64,000 nucleotides of DNA from positions 7,440,001-7,504,000 of the forward strand of contig CM114271.1 in NCBI GenBank assembly GCA_050084515.1. Reading direction: 5' to 3'. The number at the start of each line of letters is the position of its first letter. The first letter of the stretch is position 1. Shown here one piece after another: positions 62,346 to 64,000 of this stretch. The notes below the pieces were generated by a model. The model searched no databases. It saw nothing but the letters and a program-made list of their open reading frames with translations, and was not told the DNA's origin. The DNA comes from Blasia pusilla (Eukaryota). Both the position numbers and the translations under genes were made by a program.

Positions 62346-64000
62346 TCACGCCGCACGCGCAACCCAAGATATTACAACCATAGATGGATGCACCAAGATT
62401 TTTTTGATGAGTGAATAACAAGAAAGGACCAAAGAAAGGAGCTTCATTGCACAAAAATTTTAGAGGACAATCTAGCCACAGAACAAAGGCAATAATCCAA
62501 ATCCAAATCTGTACAAATGGTGGTAGCAATCCTACGTACCCAAGCACATAAGTTTCTTGCACAATACGGAGAGGACCAGATAAAGAGGATCCCTTCATCA
62601 CACATTCCATTGGACAATGCAGCCGCACTACAAATTGAAGCACCAACTGAAGCACCAAACTAAAAATCCTTCGAAACGTGGCCATTATCATACGTACCCA
62701 ACCTGAAAACGGATGGGATCTCCCCCAAGCACGAACACTTCCGCAGAAACATAAGGCCCTCTAGCAATCCCACTTTGTGCAACCCTACAAGAAGGCAAAC
62801 TATTCCCGAGACCAAGAAGAAGCACCTAAACCTGGCGAAATCCGAGAGAACATTCCCTCCCTCCCGAAAATCTAATCCCCAACCCCAAATCTGGTCTGCC
62901 TTGCAAAGACGCACACTAATTTCCACAACACTCAAGCGATAGTTCCCACAATCTTTGAGGACCTAGATAGGCAGAATCTGCAAAGCTCCAACTCCCACAC
63001 CCTAAACAACCACTATGTACCTACGCACTCAAGCTGTTGTGGCACATGAGCAGCAAACACGATTGGATTTGCATCATCACTAGGGGACGAAGGGAGGTAG
63101 TAGAACAAGCGGCTATAACATAATAGCTCTAGCGGACGAAGGCAGGTAGTAGCACAAGCGGCTACAAGAGTGGGGAAAAAAGACGACAAGCTAGCACCTG
63201 CAAAGAGCATAAGGTGCCGACATTGCACATTAGCCGGCAATAACAAGTACCTACAATCTACAAAGATTACTCACATGAGCTCGATCATTCCGTGACTGCT
63301 ACGAAGAACCGATGGCTACTGGCGAGAAGAGATGAGGGAATAGACGCACACTATCGCACACACCACACACATCTAACACACACACCACACATTTTTTTCC
63401 ACATCAAATTATGGGAGGAAAAGGCATTCCCCTTCCCAAATAAGTGGGCCTCCGGATCCTTAATCCACAGATTTTGATTCTTAGTAAAAGAATCCCACAT
63501 CACATTCATTCAAGAAAACACCAACATCCTCCCACGGAAAAGGGTGTTTTTGCGTGCGGTGAGATTTCCTATTCATATGATAATAATTTAATTTTAGTCA
63601 TTATAAAAATAAAATATTTTTTAATCATGAATTAAATTTTTAGTTCCAAACTTTTACAACTGCTGGTGCAACTAGTAGTACTACTCTGCAACTTCTAGTA
63701 CTACGGTTATATATTCCATGTCATTCTATAAATTAAACAAATTAAAATTCGTATTTGAATATATTAAAATTTTATACACTCTTCATACTTTTAATGATGT
63801 TTTACAACTAGGTTTGACTAACTTTAGTTTTTACGAGATCAAAGTAGTTGTAAATAAGACACGTCATTTTTTGAGTTTAGTTTATAATAAAATATTTATT
63901 TTTAATTTTTAATTATTCAAAAAAATTTGCCACATCAATTTTTTCTTGTCCATCTTAGTTTTATTCTAGAACTAAATTTTTACATGTTGGAACTTTTAGC

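Noticed and set aside
62350-64000. Short ORFs and AT-rich tail
   Set aside because: No domain signatures, termini or repeats that I could support.

Overview
Plant nuclear DNA, most likely a moss or other bryophyte (inferred from the element families and an EMS1-like kinase, not proven). The window is a heavily nested transposon cluster around one host gene, an OVATE-family gene with an apparent frameshift (13698-15466, minus), and an EMS1-like LRR-kinase pseudogene (61-62 kb). The main observation is a Ty3/Gypsy family present as three decayed copies (A 1-7104 minus, B ~33215-43177 plus, C 57147-61078 plus) plus one probable solo LTR. Its pol encodes a DNMT3-like C5 cytosine methyltransferase domain between protease and RT (seen in A and B; in A it is in the same frame as both neighbours) and a PHD finger after integrase (seen in B). 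Also present: a young full-length chromovirus with two solo LTRs, two Copia copies, an Athila-like LTR/gag family, CACTA and Helitron remnants, MULE-like and hAT-like non-autonomous elements, and a small inversion. All calls come from reading motifs by eye; no database search was run.
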